A stretch of 64,000 bases of DNA from Phoronis australis. Taxonomy: Eukaryota > Animalia > Phoronida. Positions 22,290 through 35,229 of the stretch are shown one piece after another; the first letter of the stretch is position 1; each line of letters starts with the position of its first letter. The stretch lies in assembly GCA_002633005.1 (NCBI GenBank), contig NMRA01000348.1, forward strand, positions 108,063 to 172,062, in the 5' to 3' direction. The position numbers were made by a program, and so were the translations under genes. The notes under the pieces are model-generated. The model had not been told where the DNA came from. It saw only the letters and a list, made by a program, of their open reading frames with translations, and made no database searches.

Positions 22290-22330
22290 TTTAACGGAAG
22301 CCCCCTGTTGGCCAAATACATGCGCAGTGC
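22282..22330 (-). promoter_or_regulatory. Putative housekeeping-type promoter motifs of UBL7 (YY1-, ETS-, NRF1-like)
   Basis: AAAATGGC overlapping the ATG, CGGAAG at ~22295-22300, CATGCGCA at ~22319-22326; motif matches only. Confidence 0.4.
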
Positions 22331-25300
22331 TGCTGTGCGTGAACTTAAAATGCTACTTTATCTCCCAAGATAGGCTATATGCGTGAACTTCGATGACTTT
22401 TCATTTGGGCAATTAGGTGAAAATTTGTTGTTCAGTGTAAAGAATATTTGTACTTATTGGCCTCATGATCACCCATTTTCGCCTTCACTGTAACTTGTGC
22501 CAAATAATCGGAGGTTTATGAGTGCCGGGTTAATCTTGGGGAAAAATCGCCAATAGCTGAAAAAATATTGGTTAAAATTTACTTTATTTTGTCAAATACG
22601 CGTTGAATCTGTCGAGTTAAATACGGCAATGTAATAAAGTTTTCCGTATTCACCTCCCGCACTACTTCAACAGTGACCTCTGACATGGAAAGTTCAAAAG
22701 GTAGGCTCGGCAATGTCGACTCGACGTCGTTAGCCGGTTCGACTCACCAAACTTTCAGAAATAGTTTAAAGTAATACAATTATTGCAGAGTAAGTAACGC
22801 TCAACATATAATCAGGTCTCAATGGTAACATATGAAACAGTACTGTTAATTATCATGACAGTTCTGTCTCAGTTTTCATTTGCTAAATACTTTTATCGTC
22901 TGCCGTGCAACTCAGGCGCGGATTCGTTCAGGAGATGTTAATACAAGTTCAGTGAAAAGTTACCCTTGTTTCCATCCTTGTTATCTCTTTTCAAATAATA
23001 AATCGTCACATTTAAAACTGCTTCTTTTATATATACTACTGAGAGAAAAGTTGCAGCCTAACGCGCAAGTACATACAGTATATATACAGGCATATATAGG
23101 ATGTAATCCGCCACGTGAACAGTCTGAGTAAGTGTTTAAAAAATCTGCAGTAAAACGAAAGAAACTTAGGAGTTCGAAGCGTATGGGATAAATACAATTC
23201 GGTCTCGGTCGATACGAGGAATAATGTCGAGCGGGATATTACTTCATGTACGCCAATCGAGGCACATTTTGTGTATTTATTGTTGATGAATGAGTGCTAG
23301 TCGTGCGTAATATTTTCCCAGGATAATTCTAAAACGGTAAATTACTGACGTAACTCAACATCACTTAATTACTGTTGTTGTTTACTACCACTTTCTTGGA
23401 GTAGAGGATTAATAATACTTTAAAAACTGTTTGTTTGTGAGCATATAGTGCATCCGTTATTTGTTCGTCTTATTTGATCGGTTAATTCGTGTTTCTCTAG
23501 TCTCATATATGTCACTTTCACTTGTATTCAGGCACGAGTTGATTAATAGTTGTTTCTCCACATTGAGAGTTGTTCTCCTCATGTAACGTTTGCAGTCTTT
23601 AATATACTAGTCAAGACTCATCTCTAGTGTTCTGTTCCTACGAACCACCTCGTGCATAGCCGAACCGCATTTTCCCTGTACCCCACGTGGCTGCCGCAAG
23701 CAACTGATGAAACAGAAACAGCGTGAAGGGTGAGGGAATATTGAAGTAACTAGGACCGGTAGCGGATGAGGGGCGGGGGGCTCGATCAGACCCAAGATCG
23801 CGGCAGTATCATATTCCTTTTTTTCTGTCCGCCGATAGATTTTCTGAAGGTCCACATTCCCGGCCCCCTCAACTTTCGGGCCACCTGTGCACATACAATC
23901 GCGCTTTGCCCAATTCCCCGAGGCAACATGTTGGGCCCCCCTTAATTATGGTATCCTAGATCCGCAACTGGGTTTACCTTCAGTTCGATTGGCCAGGAAC
24001 GTTCGCCAGCTCAGTACGTACTTAAGTTTTTTATTTTAGTAACCTCAAAGTTTGTTAAGTTTGCTTTTGAGAACTGTGATGCTTTTACTGATCGGAACCA
24101 TTAACGTGACTTTGGTCGCCAATTTAAGATTCCCAACGTCACGAATGCACCCCATTACGTGACGATTCTCGGCCAGTGGAGTAAAAGTGACCATGTCATC
24201 GATTGATTACATAGGCTGTTGTCATCGCTTGTTTATCGGTGAAATACACAAACCCACCGCGGTAAGGCCTGTGAATTCATAAGAGACAGTAATGCATTCA
24301 TGCCCCCCCTCAGGGACTGCCAATTCAGAGACACGTTAATTATTATGGCCGACTTGAATGGGCTCTTAAAACCGTTAGTGCTATAGGGCTTATTAATATT
24401 ACATGTTTTAATCGTGTGCAGTTTGTTACGTAAGTCCGCAATTCCCTCTGAGGGCGTTGATCAAACTTGGGCGGACTACATGTACAATTTATGCACGTAA
24501 CCAACATGGGAAGGTTGCCACTTTCGTCATCTCCAATCGGCACCCGGCTGTGTTAGCTCCACTTGCACCTCCGGTAGCACCAGTTAATTCCCTTCGACCC
24601 CACCCCTCTTGCTAATCGCTTCAGTAGGCACGTGCATGTATCGTAGGAATGTAAGGGAGGCGTGACTGAAGCGATTTTAGCTTTCAAAATCTTTCCCGTG
24701 TTCGCCACCGCTTCAGCACCAGTGGTCGTCCTCAACTGCCACACCCACCAGAGTAGACCAGCGTGGCTTTGGGAGACAAGGCTTCAAATGTTGGACGTAC
24801 TGACAATTGAGCATTGCTCAAAAATGTCTTCTACTCTGAGCGCAGTCTTAATAAAGAATGTATAAATACAAGAGTGACGGTGAACCTAGAGCCCCAAAGC
24901 AATTTTGGAAGTGTACTTACTAATAGAAAAAAAAACTGCCAATCCCCCTTGCCATAGGCGTTCTAAACAAACTCTGGTCAATTAGGGGAGAAATCGCGTA
25001 ATTCTTTGACCTGAGCACGTAATGTGGTTAGGGTATAGTTCTGACCTTTAGTGTGCATCTTTTATGAATTTCAATTATTTTGTTACGGTTTCGAAAAGAT
25101 GCACGGTCAGGAGTACAAAGGTAACGTAAAAACCTACCACCAGTTGCGAAATCCGGAGCAATGGGGAATGGACATAAACCAGCGTGTCCGAAACTTCGAT
25201 TACAGTTTTTCAATACATGGGAGTGAAAATAAACCCCATTGTAAAGATTCACGTTGCTAGTGTCCAGTACACCCTTCTTAGGGCCAGCAATGCACACTTC

Positions 25301-28300
25301 CACATGTTTCGTTGTGTTTTTTTTTCTCGAGTGTTCCCGCTCCTCAAGTCTGTTAATTGTCGGTAGGCACTTACCATCCCGCCATTCCCCCTCCGCCCTG
25401 CGCCCCGCTTCTTGCGCCTCTGTCAACGATTTCGTTCGTAGCAAGTGGGGGTGCCAACTACTCAGGGAGGTCAATCTCGACGGAATTGCTAAACGTGTGT
25501 TAAAAAGTTGGCCGCGAAGTTTTGCAATACTTGATACTGTAATTTATACTATATTTTAAAGTGCCCTCGTGCAATTTTTTTTCAGAAAACAATTATACAT
25601 GTATGTTGAAATGATATCGACATCATTCGATTGCTTAATGTACACACGTTTAGTAATGCCTACTGTCGATGACATGCTATCCTGCCAATTAACAAGATTA
25701 AATTTGCTAGAAGCTGGGAGTTCCTGCAGCAGCGGTAATACATACCTTTCAATACTCATTGTGCCTAACGTTAATTTGTTACCACTTAGCCCGCTGCGTC
25801 CATTCACGTACGCCGCGGTTAATTTGATCCACATACACCATGTCTCCTTTCAATGGATGTTTTGTTAAATGGAACAAGGAATATTTTTGCCAACTACCTT
25901 CGTACGCGCAGTAATTGAAACGAGAAGTCACGGATATCTGAAAACTTTCAGAACATGAAGTCTTACATACATGTACAGATACAGTGTACGTCGCGACAGG
26001 TCCTACTGTTTTTTTAATGGTTGAGAATCCATCGGCACGGCATCACTTTCAACCCAGTGACCTCTGCTTTGAAGAGTCACGACTCCCAAAAAGTGAACAA
26101 CTTGATGTATGGTTTGCTCTTGACGGAGAGAAGAAAATAAAATTCAGAATGCAGTTTCCTCTGAAACTATCGAATTCCTTTTTTGGATAACAGTCGTTTG
26201 CATTCGTCGCGCAGTTAAGGATTAGTTTTCTCCACTGAATAACAGGCATCAACTAAACTGGTTATCAAAATCAGGGACACTTGTAAATGACTAGTGCCAA
26301 TTTTGTAATTCGATATTTTGGTGCAAAGATAAACATCGCTTTAGAGTTCAGTCAAGTTCACTCGCACATCGATCCACACAAATGACTGATAGCTTTTGCG
26401 TCTTTGAAAAGAATTTACGCGCCTTGGTGAATGACGAGAAGGCAACAATTCTAAGTCAATATGATTTGTCTCGACTAGTTACAACGAAATGTTAGATTAA
26501 GGTTAAAAACACAGAAATTGTTGCAGACTATAGCACGTGTCTAGCGGGGGTGTTCGTATAAGGAACAAAATCTAGGTGGAGCGTAAAAAGACTTCCTCCC
26601 TGGAGGTCTTATTATTAACAATTCGCGTATGATATTTCCTCAGTATGATCGTCAGCTATTTTTTGAAGCAAAGTCTACACTTATCATAAGTTTTTTACAC
26701 TCTCAATAATTTCATTGAGCAGATGCCTTAAGTTATTTATGAACTTAAAGAGGCGTGGAACGTGATAATCAGACTAAATTGCAATATTGAACGTGGCTCA
26801 CTGCCACTGAAACAGAATTCAACCTGCTCATTAGGTATTTTTCGGATTTGTTCGTCTAGATTTTTAATTTTTGTTTATACCAAAGCATTTTCTTTTAGTT
26901 TCAAAATTCACAAAAGATCGGTTAACTGCATGCCACTACGTCGATTGTCTGCCACAAGGCTAAGCACGTCTCCCTATTTGGCATGGCAAGACATATACAT
27001 GTACGTAGCACATTTCCCTTATATTGAAAATATGACCTTTGACCACAGGTGACTTCAAGCAATTGGCTGTGAGCGCATGCGCGCGTTTATTATAAGTGGG
27101 AGGGAGATTAGAAACTCCATGACACAGAGTTTTCCTTCGCACGTAATTCAAAAAATCTGAATTTTGTTATTTTTTCCTGGAAACGTCCTTACAGGGGAAT
27201 GTAAATTACTCTGTACCAGACGTTTCCAGATGATAGTTTAGTCAGGAATTGTTTAAAAGATATTTTTGACCAACCTTCGCGTTGTATGCCTCTCTAAATA
27301 TCCGATAAGTGTGAAGGAATGTAGCTTCTTAAGAGGAACCTACGCTACAACTACAATTTTAGTCAAGGTAAGAATTCGGCTATGGGTGAAAAATATAATT
27401 TTTCATTCCTGAAAATTTTCGAAATGGGGCCTTGATAGAAAATCATTCTTTATTCAAGTCATTTTATCACTTTAATATTCAAAACTGTAAAATCGATTTG
27501 AGTAGAAATTTAGTCCACGATTATACGTCTACCACGTGTTTTAACATGGAACGCAACACAATCGTTAAAGTAACAAAGCTCTTTGTGGGTCCTTGGAGAA
27601 GTGAATTGCCAATTTTGACTAACTTTGGAACATCTTATCTGAGAAATGGCTTGTTGTATTCATAAGAAATTTTTATATACTATGCACTATTCTCCAAATC
27701 CTTGTTAGGACATTTTTGAAGTGTTCCATTATTGCATTACAAAACAGGACTTCTTAAAGCCAAACGTCAACGAAATTTTGTTATTATAGACGTATTAGGC
27801 TAACTGGATACTCCTAGCAAAGCCTTAGCAAAATAAGAAAACGCGAATTTAATCACGCAAATGTAAACCCGTCAAATGATTCTTGAAGCTGCCTTTTCGC
27901 GCCATATTGCGTCACCGCGAGATCCCTGCACAAACAACAAAACGTCGATCACAGTTGTATCGAATAGGGGTCTGAATAGAACACCATTGTGTGCAGGTGT
28001 TACTTGCAACTGTTTAAATTAAAATGTGATTCGCGCGGTTACGTAGACAAAAGCAAACCAATACGCCTAACAGTTCGTTACATGATACAATTTATGGAAC
28101 TAGTGCGCTCAGAGCGATACTCTTTTATATACTGTATGCCAGAGATTGACTTTGGGTTTTTTTAAAGGTAGCTATGCTTTGAGATTTTGCGTAGATGGAG
28201 AGATAATAATTAAATCCAGTAATTGATTTATTATATGATAATCACTAATTAGACAAGTGAAACCTGTTGTTAATTAAGTAATCAACTACAAAGCAGAGTA

Positions 28301-30779
28301 ACTACGCTGGCGCCCTCTTTAAAGATTACTACAATCAATCAACCAAAATGATCAAATGTCTTATATGCTATCCAAGCTGTAGGACTCTCCACTTGGATGA
28401 AAGTCTTGTTGGTGAATCTTCGAACTACGGACACTGTATTCCGACAGTGTACTTTCTGGTCACAGTCTGGTGACACAATAATTGCAGGCAGTATTTTCTT
28501 CCTACGATTTCTCTCGCTGGTCACAGTCCGTCGTAACACAACACGCATAGGCAGTATCTTACTAGCCACGATGCAAGTGACAATCTCTTAGTTAACTTCC
28601 TGTTCGTTAACCCTTGCCCTTGCCAATATCCTCTTTAGAATCGTTCACGAGATGGCTCTGTTGTACAATTTCCTCTACACTGTACCAAGTCTTTTAGCCT
28701 CCACTACTATAGCGCATCTGAACATCTTTCTAATTTCAGCCCATATTATAATATTCTACTTATGTAGCGATTGCCTAGTAAAAACCAAATGATCTTGTCT
28801 AATCATATCATTGGCTGTTACGATTTGCTCTCAGAAATTTCTAGAATCTCTAGAGTGATTTGATCTCAAACCCAAAGTAGTAAATATCATCTAAAATATA
28901 TTTTGACGTTAAAATACATGACAAGTTTGACCCCATGATTTAAAAGTATATATGCACAAATTTTGGGCAACTTAAAGTGGATATATTCTTACTAATTATT
29001 TAATCAATATTTATTCTGACATTGTAGGACCCAAATGTACAAGTGTTATAGTTCAAGATAGGCTTTAATATTTCCGTGAAGAAAATTCCAAAGTTGTTTA
29101 AAACTAACACAAAATGAAAAAAATGATCAATTAGAAAACCGTGACAGCGTTTTGTGAGATTTTATCGTGAACATTTATTTCTAGTGAAATTTAGTCACCT
29201 CATTGATAACGTTGATAGCGTGGTTTTGCTATCGATGTATCTGCCTTTTTACTTATTTTAATTAAAAAGAAATATTCGCGTGGCCCAGGCAATGGAGCAT
29301 TGGCAAAAATCAACAATCGAATTCTTCAAGGCCTTCTACTTTCAAACATGTATACTTTCTTCGAGCTTACAACGACAGCTTTGTTGGTATTTGGCTAATT
29401 ACTCAAACTTGCCGATAAATGTCTGCCTCATAAGAATACGTTACACCAATAAACACGTGTAAAACGATCTCTTTACTAAGCTTTTCAGGGACACAAAAGT
29501 TAAATCTGACTGTATCGATTCGCAATGTATATCCAGAAATCGTTAACTGGGTAATTGTTAAAGCAGTGTTTGTCCATCAACCTGACCACAAAGTCTGCCC
29601 AAAGTTTTTGTAAACGTAACTCATTTGTACATAGATAATCAATACCCAATAATTATATGGGCTTTTAGGCCAATGAAAACGTAATGAAAACCATAGCACT
29701 CATATTTACTGTCTGTTAAATCTTTCCACTTTTAATTAAAAAGCATTTTAACTGTCAATTGTCAATCAATAAGAGTATATTTCTCTCAAACCTTAACCAC
29801 GAAAATATTGAGCCCATGCCGCAAAACGTTAAAAAATCGTTTTCAATTATACGGACGATACCTTTAAAAGTTGTCGTCTTTTCACCGGTCATCGTTTTGA
29901 ATGACGATGTTTCCGTTTTTTTTGCAGACAACTAAAATTGGTCATAGACAATAAAATGAGTATCAAAATTTCATACAAATCGGAAAAGATACAAATGCTC
30001 AAAACGGCCAAAAGAGACTAATCAAAAGGTCTCAAAATGACCAATATAAGTCTGTCACATACTTCTACATGTAAGTCAAACAACTCCCAACTTGGACCAT
30101 AAATTTGCATTTAAATAAAGATAAGAGCAGGTAAACCACTATCTGTTGAAACTGAACCAATTGTCGCAATCCTCAAACTGAGACAGTTTCTGATGACCTT
30201 CGAAGCACCAGCTGACGCAATGTTTCGCTGCGACAATTTCTAGATTGACGCACAGACTCTCGAAACAGAAAGTGACGTAATTTGGAAAACAACAATGTTG
30301 AAAGGGAGACTTTAAGCTGCGCAACAGCAAGAAAGAAAACGTTATTTATGAATAGTTTCCTGTAAATGTAGACACGTCGTCAAAATATGCTTGCATACTT
30401 TGATAAGTTAGTGCGTCTAGTCGTAGCCAGCATATAAACGTGACCAATACAGTTTTAAATGAGCCAAAAGAGCGAGAGAAACCTTTATTTTTTAAATCAT
30501 ATGAAACATACGTTGGTACATGACTGGTTGCCAGCAAAGGCACGGGTCGCTACTAGCTGACTACCGAGTAACAATAAATTAAATAGATATTAACAATTAA
30601 GAACAATATAAATAACAACAGAAATAAGTGTATCTACAATGAAATAGGATACAATCCAAGTTTATTTAAAATGCAAACCAATGTCTTTTACTAAGAATAA
30701 AACACAGAGACTATTGATACAAGGGAGACCATAGGTGATCACCATTACTTCAATTAAAACATGCATCACAATGTAGAAC

Positions 30780-31900
30780 GTTACACTGAGAGCTGTAAGT
30801 GCTTAATTTTGTAAATTTTTAAATACAAGGAAATTTTGTCTGTTACATATCTCGGAAGGATACAGTTGTTTATTAGATTCGGTATTTTGACCATTAATGA
30901 ATTTTCACAGCTTTTTCTGTTGTAAGAGGGCACTTTTAGGATGGGTTGTTGACTGCATACTCTAGGAAGATTTGATGGTGACTGATGTAGTTGGAAAAGT
31001 TGCTATCATAAAAGTAAATAGGCAATTGATTATGTTTGAATTTTGTAAAAGAATTTTAGACAAGCTTGGTTAAATATGTCGTCAAGAAGAAGTATTTTGA
31101 TTTCCCTACAAATTGGTTCTGTGTGTGAAAATGCGAAGAATTGGTAACATTTCTCAAAGTTTTTTCTGAAGAAGTTTCAATGTCGTACAAATATTGAACC
31201 CCTATAGTGTTATACCAAACATAGATGTAACAGTATAAAAGAGCATTGTATATCATCAGGAGTGTGTGTTTCGGAAAACAGTGTTTCATTACGGACAAGA
31301 CCCCACAGTTTTGGGAATTTTGTTAGAAATTTCCTGAACATGCTTGTTCAAGGAAAGATGACTGTCTACAAAAATCCCTAAAAATTAAAATTTTCATCTC
31401 TGTTAATAAGTTCATTGTTGATTTTTATTAGAAGGATGTCACATCCGCTAATTGTTTGGGGGAAATCGAAATAGGATAAATTTAGTTTTACTTGTGTTGA
31501 ACCATAAGTTATTGGTATATAGCCAATCAAAACATCTTGTAGGGAACTATTCCTTTTGATGGTTTGATCTTTGAAGCAATGATTTTTGTTAACAAGGAAA
31601 GAAATTAGCGGGCATGTGTCGTCTGCGTACATAATGAACTGCTCCTTGCTGGAGAGGGTGATGTCATTTACATAGATTACAAATAGGAGAGATCCTAGAA
31701 TAGATCCCTATGGAACACCTGTAGAAATGTTGGGACAAAGTGACAGTATCAAGGCAGACGAACTGCTTTCTATTTTCAAGGTACATGTAGCTTGGAAACC
31801 AAGAAAATGTGTTATTAGAAAACCCGTAATGTTTTATTTTTTAGGAGGATATTGTGATCAACGGTATCAAAGGCTTTAGAAAGATCCATGAATACCGAAT
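30780..31900 (-). mobile_element. Degenerate non-LTR retrotransposon (LINE, CR1/L2 group-like) reverse transcriptase fragment
   Basis: Minus strand encodes VFMDLSKAFDTVDHNILL, WFPSY..LENRKQ, GVP*GSILGSLLFVIYVND, YADDT, GIFVDSHLS and LLMIYNALL, with stops and frameshifts. Confidence 0.9.
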
Positions 31901-32454
31901 ATTTTTTATGAATGAACAACTCTGAACTTACACATCATCGTAGATCAAGCCCCAGTTCTTTAAACAGGGACGGTTTTAACAAGAGACAAAAGTAATTACA
32001 CGGTGGGTATCCTCACGTTTTGATGTAAGTCGCAAGTAAAAGATTGCAGGCTGAATTTAATTCTTCTTGGTAAACTACAGAACGATATAGTTATATTTAC
32101 AAGCAATACCGTGGTTGCCGACAATTCAGAAATAATCAATGTTTACGTTGACGCGCGTCTAAACAAGATTTTGAATCTCAGCCTCCTTGTTTCCAAAAGT
32201 AGACCTACTCTGCATCCACAGCTGTCAAGGCGTTTCTCTCAATATCGTTAAGGCTGAACATGGAACCATTTTAAAATCCTTTAGTTATAGCTCTCGCTGT
32301 CCATTATGGTAATCCCGGTGAAATCATTGAACCATAAATGGTTTTAAAAATGTCTGAGTACCATGATGTATCTTTGAGGACCATGATTTATTAGCACTTT
32401 GCCAAGCATGCATTGTGCATATTGCACTGTGTCCTCGTTAAATAAATTCAAAAA

Positions 32455-32590
32455 TATTAATAATAATCATGATGATGATAACGATAACAAGTATTAGTAG
32501 TGACTGTAGTAATAGTAGTAATAGCAGTAATAGTAGTAAAGTTAGTTATAGTAGTAATATTAGTGATATTAATAATAGTAAATTATAATG
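32455..32590. repeat. (TAA/TAG/TGA)n low-complexity tract
   Basis: Direct reading. Confidence 0.85.
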
Positions 32591-32615
32591 GGTAGCCAAA
32601 TTCATGCCATGTCAG

Positions 32616-32855
32616 CCCGGAGGGCATTCCTATAGAAGTGGTATACGAACAGTGCCGCCCAAACGGGTGTTCTTTCACAGTAAAATACCCTCCAAAATGG
32701 TGCCATTTTCGACAAAATACCATCTAAAAGGTTGCCTTTTTTGAATTTCTGGAACGGAACTGTGCGAGAATGTTAATTTTTACACAAAATTAGGCTCTAA
32801 ATGGGTCACTTCTTTGTCCAAGCCCCTTATCCAAAAATACTTCAGTAGCCCCCGG
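32616..32855. mobile_element. Putative MITE with CCCGG(G)-type ends
   Basis: Starts CCCGGAGGGCATTC, ends GTAGCCCCCGG; no clear TSD. Confidence 0.45.
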
Positions 32856-32914
32856 ACGTGTCAGATACCACTTGTTTGTGATTTTGGTAATTTTTGTAAT
32901 ATGACGTTAGTTTC

Positions 32915-33040
32915 GTAAAATGTAGCTATGGTAAATTTCTCGCATGTGCATTCAACAAACATTTTAAATGTAATAACCACGTAAAATGTAACAACTTGTT
33001 ACATTTTAGGAGAGGCTTAGCAACGTAAAATGTAACAATC
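32915..33040. repeat. Dispersed repeat with AAAATGTAAC subrepeats; second copy at ~57507-57650
   Basis: CTTGTTACATTTTAGGAGAGGC(T/C)TAGCAACGTAAAATGTA shared between the two loci. Confidence 0.75.
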
Positions 33041-35072
33041 GTCCAAAGCGTTTGCGCGCTAACCTGCTTCTTTACACAATGTTTATTACACGGAACCTAG
33101 TTCGTAGCAACAGTTGTTTTAATTAAAACAGTCTTATGTTGCCCATTTGACCAATCCGTTTTCCGTGTTGGCATTAACCACGCGATTCATTTGAAAATCG
33201 TCTTAATGATTTAATGTTTGAGAAAGAGAGAATTACAAGTTTCTGAGTGATTTACTGAAGGCTTAGTTGAAAATTTACATCGTACCAGCAGCTTTTGCTT
33301 ATTCGGGTTCACTCACCTTCATTTTTTTCATCGCACAGTGGAGCAGACGACGGAAACAGAGTGGTAGTGCACACCGCCACTGCCGGTCGTCTGGGATATC
33401 ACGCCCGACCGGGAGCGTCATAGTTAGCGTTACGGTTACGCCGGTTGTCTGAATTGGACACTTGAAATCGCGTCTGAGCCCTCCCCCAAACGCACACGCG
33501 CATACAAATTAAAACTCAAAACATGCTCAAATCTTGTTTCAGTCGTATATTGTTAATTACTGGGATTAATCAATAAACTCAATTTGTACTCATGGTTTTG
33601 CTGTTATATAAGTTTTTGCGACTGCAAAGGGGGGGGGGGTGGTGCTTGGGCCTCCCTTAAATTCGCCTATGGGCTGTGTCTTACACGTTCACAAGATAAG
33701 CTGAAGAGACATAAATGCGATTTACATTTAAAAACCAACTTTTGATTAAGGGAATTACGATGATGAAATTAGTTACAAATTCCCCTAAGTCAAAATAGAG
33801 ACAATATGAGGGCAGACTTCAATAACTGCCTCGCAGCGTGAAAAATCTAGACATGTCTCGTGTTGTCTTGAAAATACAAGGCGATATCTCGTGGAATCTC
33901 GCGTGGTAATGTTTTTCTAGCAAGATACTGGGGTTAGTGAACGCTCCCCAGTCTTTGAATGAATTGGAGGTTCGTTATTCTTTGACAGCAAACTCTACAA
34001 GTTGACTTGTCAAGGCGTGCTATTATATACGTCGGGCATTGTCTCAACGGAAGCATTCTGTCGGTGGTTTGTAAGCCCAGGATCATTGTCTATATTAATA
34101 AAGAACACGTTAGGACCAATTTCATGGCGGTAACTATCAGTCGTATTAAATTCTGTTGTTTGGTTGAACTAACTTGCGTTGAAATGCGTTTTGGGAAGTT
34201 TTTAACTAAAATGAAGCGGACGGAGTACCTTATGGGATTCAGAATTGGTTATACGGACAAATACGCATTTTGGGTCTACATCCTGTTGATGTCAGATCGG
34301 TGCGATTCTGCATAACTCCCGGTTTTTATTCCCGGATGTCCACTCCCATGGTGAGCTGTTACGTCAACGTTTACATTACGCGAATCGCTCGATTTTTTAT
34401 AGCTCTTCCTGTACATTTCCACAGCGGAATTGAAATTATCATTTCAATGTCGGTCAATAGTTAATCACAATGAGAGAGTTTTCCCATTAACTGTGTTAGT
34501 TAAAATATCATGATCGAAGCTGTTCATGTTTGGAAAAGTTAAGTCACATGCCATATGTCAGAAATAATGGCGCAGATTATCCGGCAAGGCGTCGATTCTT
34601 AGCGGGTAACAGCGGATGAATTCTGAACAGGTACACGTAGGTAATGGGAAATGAAACGACCATTTCTGTTAATCAGTATGCTGCAGCGGTCATAGTAAAT
34701 GAAACGTGATTGCCGCTGCTATTCCATTGGATATTTTTATTGCTTATGTCTACCTCTCGCATCAACTCTGACTAATGGGCACCAAAATTCTAATAATCAA
34801 CCTTAAAACTATTGTGCAAAAACTAGTGTATTGAAAATAAGTGCAAATGTCATTGGCTCTTTTATCTACGTGAGGAAAACAATGTAATAAAAATATGAGC
34901 CATTTTACAAGTTTCCTTGACCTTTATTGACGCGAGCAAAACAAATCCACTGCGCTTTATCGATCATCAGACCTCATCCACTGATATTGTCGTCATCGAA
35001 GTCTGAAACAATCTTTACGCATCGGTTGCGTGTCCATCTCACTGACTGATACCTTTTGCCGATGGTGTAAGA

Positions 35073-35103
35073 CCACGCCCCACTATCGACGTGTTTATAT
35101 AAA
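35073..35103 (+). promoter_or_regulatory. Putative core promoter of the mosaic lectin gene (GC/KLF box plus TATA box)
   Basis: CCACGCCCC at 35073-35081 and TATATAAA at 35096-35103, about 130 nt upstream of the signal-peptide ATG. Confidence 0.55.
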
Positions 35104-35229
35104 GCGTGCGTGTGGGTTATATCTCCAAAGCCGCGTGGATTTGCGGTCAAATATTGTCCGAAGCACCGGAATGCCAATCAATATTTGTCCGGCGTATTCC
35201 ACACATATGTTAGTCTATTTTTGAGCCAA

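Noticed and set aside
25028-25559. Overlapping 100-148 aa ORFs on both strands
   Set aside because: No domain motifs; likely chance ORFs in a repeat-rich intergenic tract.
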